The position numbers and the translations under genes are program-made. The notes below the pieces were generated by a model. It was not told the origin of the DNA and searched no databases. It saw only the letters and a list, made by a program, of their open reading frames with translations. A stretch of 64,000 bases of DNA. It comes from Macrostomum hystrix. Taxonomy: Eukaryota; Animalia; Platyhelminthes. This document shows positions 63,270 to 64,000 of this stretch, in pieces. The stretch is taken from NCBI GenBank assembly GCA_950097015.1, contig CATNEN010000037.1:2604001-2668000 (forward strand), written 5' to 3'. The number at the start of each line of letters is the position of its first letter. Position 1 is the stretch's first letter.

Positions 63270-63973
63270 CTGTGTCGCTGAGGGCGTTAAAACTGGACCG
63301 CCTTGTGGCGCTAGAGTCGCCGGCTCGGTCCTGCAGTACAATGGGATATGGATTGATACACGCTGATGCCTCGGAAACTAATTTTCTTTTTTTCAGATCC
63401 CACTGCTGCATACTCAGGTCCCACTTCAGCATACTCAGGTCCCACTTCAGCATCCCCAGATCCCACTCCTTCTTCCCCAGATCCCACTCCTTCTTCCCCA
63501 GATCCCACTCCTGCATGCCCAGATCCCACTCCTTCTTCCCCAGATCCCACTCCTGCATGCCCAGATCCCACTCCTTCTTCCCCAGATCCCACTCCTTCTT
63601 CCTCAGATCTCACTTTTGCATCCCCAGATCCCACTTTTGCATCCCCAGATCCACTTCAGCATCCTCAGGTCCCACTTCAGCAGCCCCAGATCCCCAGATG
63701 TTAAAAGTCGCTCTCACGGGCATGAGGTTGTAGGTTGATGGCCTTCGGCTAGACTGCTTTGAGCTTTGCGGTGAGTTAAACGAAGCCTCCCCTACCGGCT
63801 GCCAAGCTGCCGCCGCTGCTCCCGACGCCGAAGCTGCAGGCACCGCTCATTGATGAAGCTGACGTAGGGCCGGCGGGGCCGGCGGCAGTCGTCGGCGCGG
63901 TGTTGACGCTGTGTCGTCTTGGCTGAACAGCTGTCGGCAAGGACAAGTGTGAAGCTGCGGTTAGCATCCTCCT
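63270..63973 (-). other. Candidate exons of a minus-strand gene entering from the window end
   Basis: GC-rich segment after acceptor cattgcag (~63973) and a second segment bounded by aattag| (~63378) and |GTAAGC (~63270); I could not fix a consistent frame. Confidence 0.3.
63395..63695. repeat. 21-bp minisatellite (CCCAGATCCCACTCCTTCTTC variants), probably intronic
   Basis: Period 21 with graded variants; it lies between candidate minus-strand splice sites. Confidence 0.85.
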
Positions 63974-64000
63974 GCAATGTTTTGCGTGTGTTACAGGTTT

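Noticed and set aside
63792-63977. Peptide RRPYVSFINERCLQLRR resembling a myosin-head motif
   Set aside because: The match is too short, the frame stops immediately, and no other myosin motifs flank it.

Overview
Eukaryotic (metazoan) genomic DNA with GC-rich spliced exons, AT-rich introns, many kb-scale intronic minisatellites and many DNA-transposon relics. This style most resembles a macrostomid flatworm such as Macrostomum (inference, not verified). I reconstructed these genes by hand from splice sites and reading phase: last exon of an FN3-TM receptor-like protein, NDUFV3, a 5-exon CNG channel alpha subunit, a single-exon Kir channel, a TM-C2 synaptotagmin-like protein, a 4-exon DNMT3-family gene, a 3-exon divergent G-alpha, and glucosylceramide synthase. 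Highlights: (1) a DNMT3 paralogue that keeps PWWP, ADD and the DNMT3A/3L dimer-interface phenylalanines but lacks the catalytic motifs, suggesting an invertebrate DNMT3L-like cofactor; (2) recurrent TA -> TA-G(n)C(m)-TA micro-insertions, seen by aligning two adjacent MITE copies and strongly enriched across the window; (3) two chimeric non-autonomous DNA transposons carrying transposase fragments of other superfamilies (a 3.55-kb foldback with Merlin-like ends and IS630/Tc1 cargo, and a P-type element with Merlin cargo); (4) a G-alpha with His at the catalytic Gln and an altered P-loop; (5) a CNG intron whose only in-frame 3' splice site lies inside a SINE. No database searches were run; family calls rest on recognised motifs.
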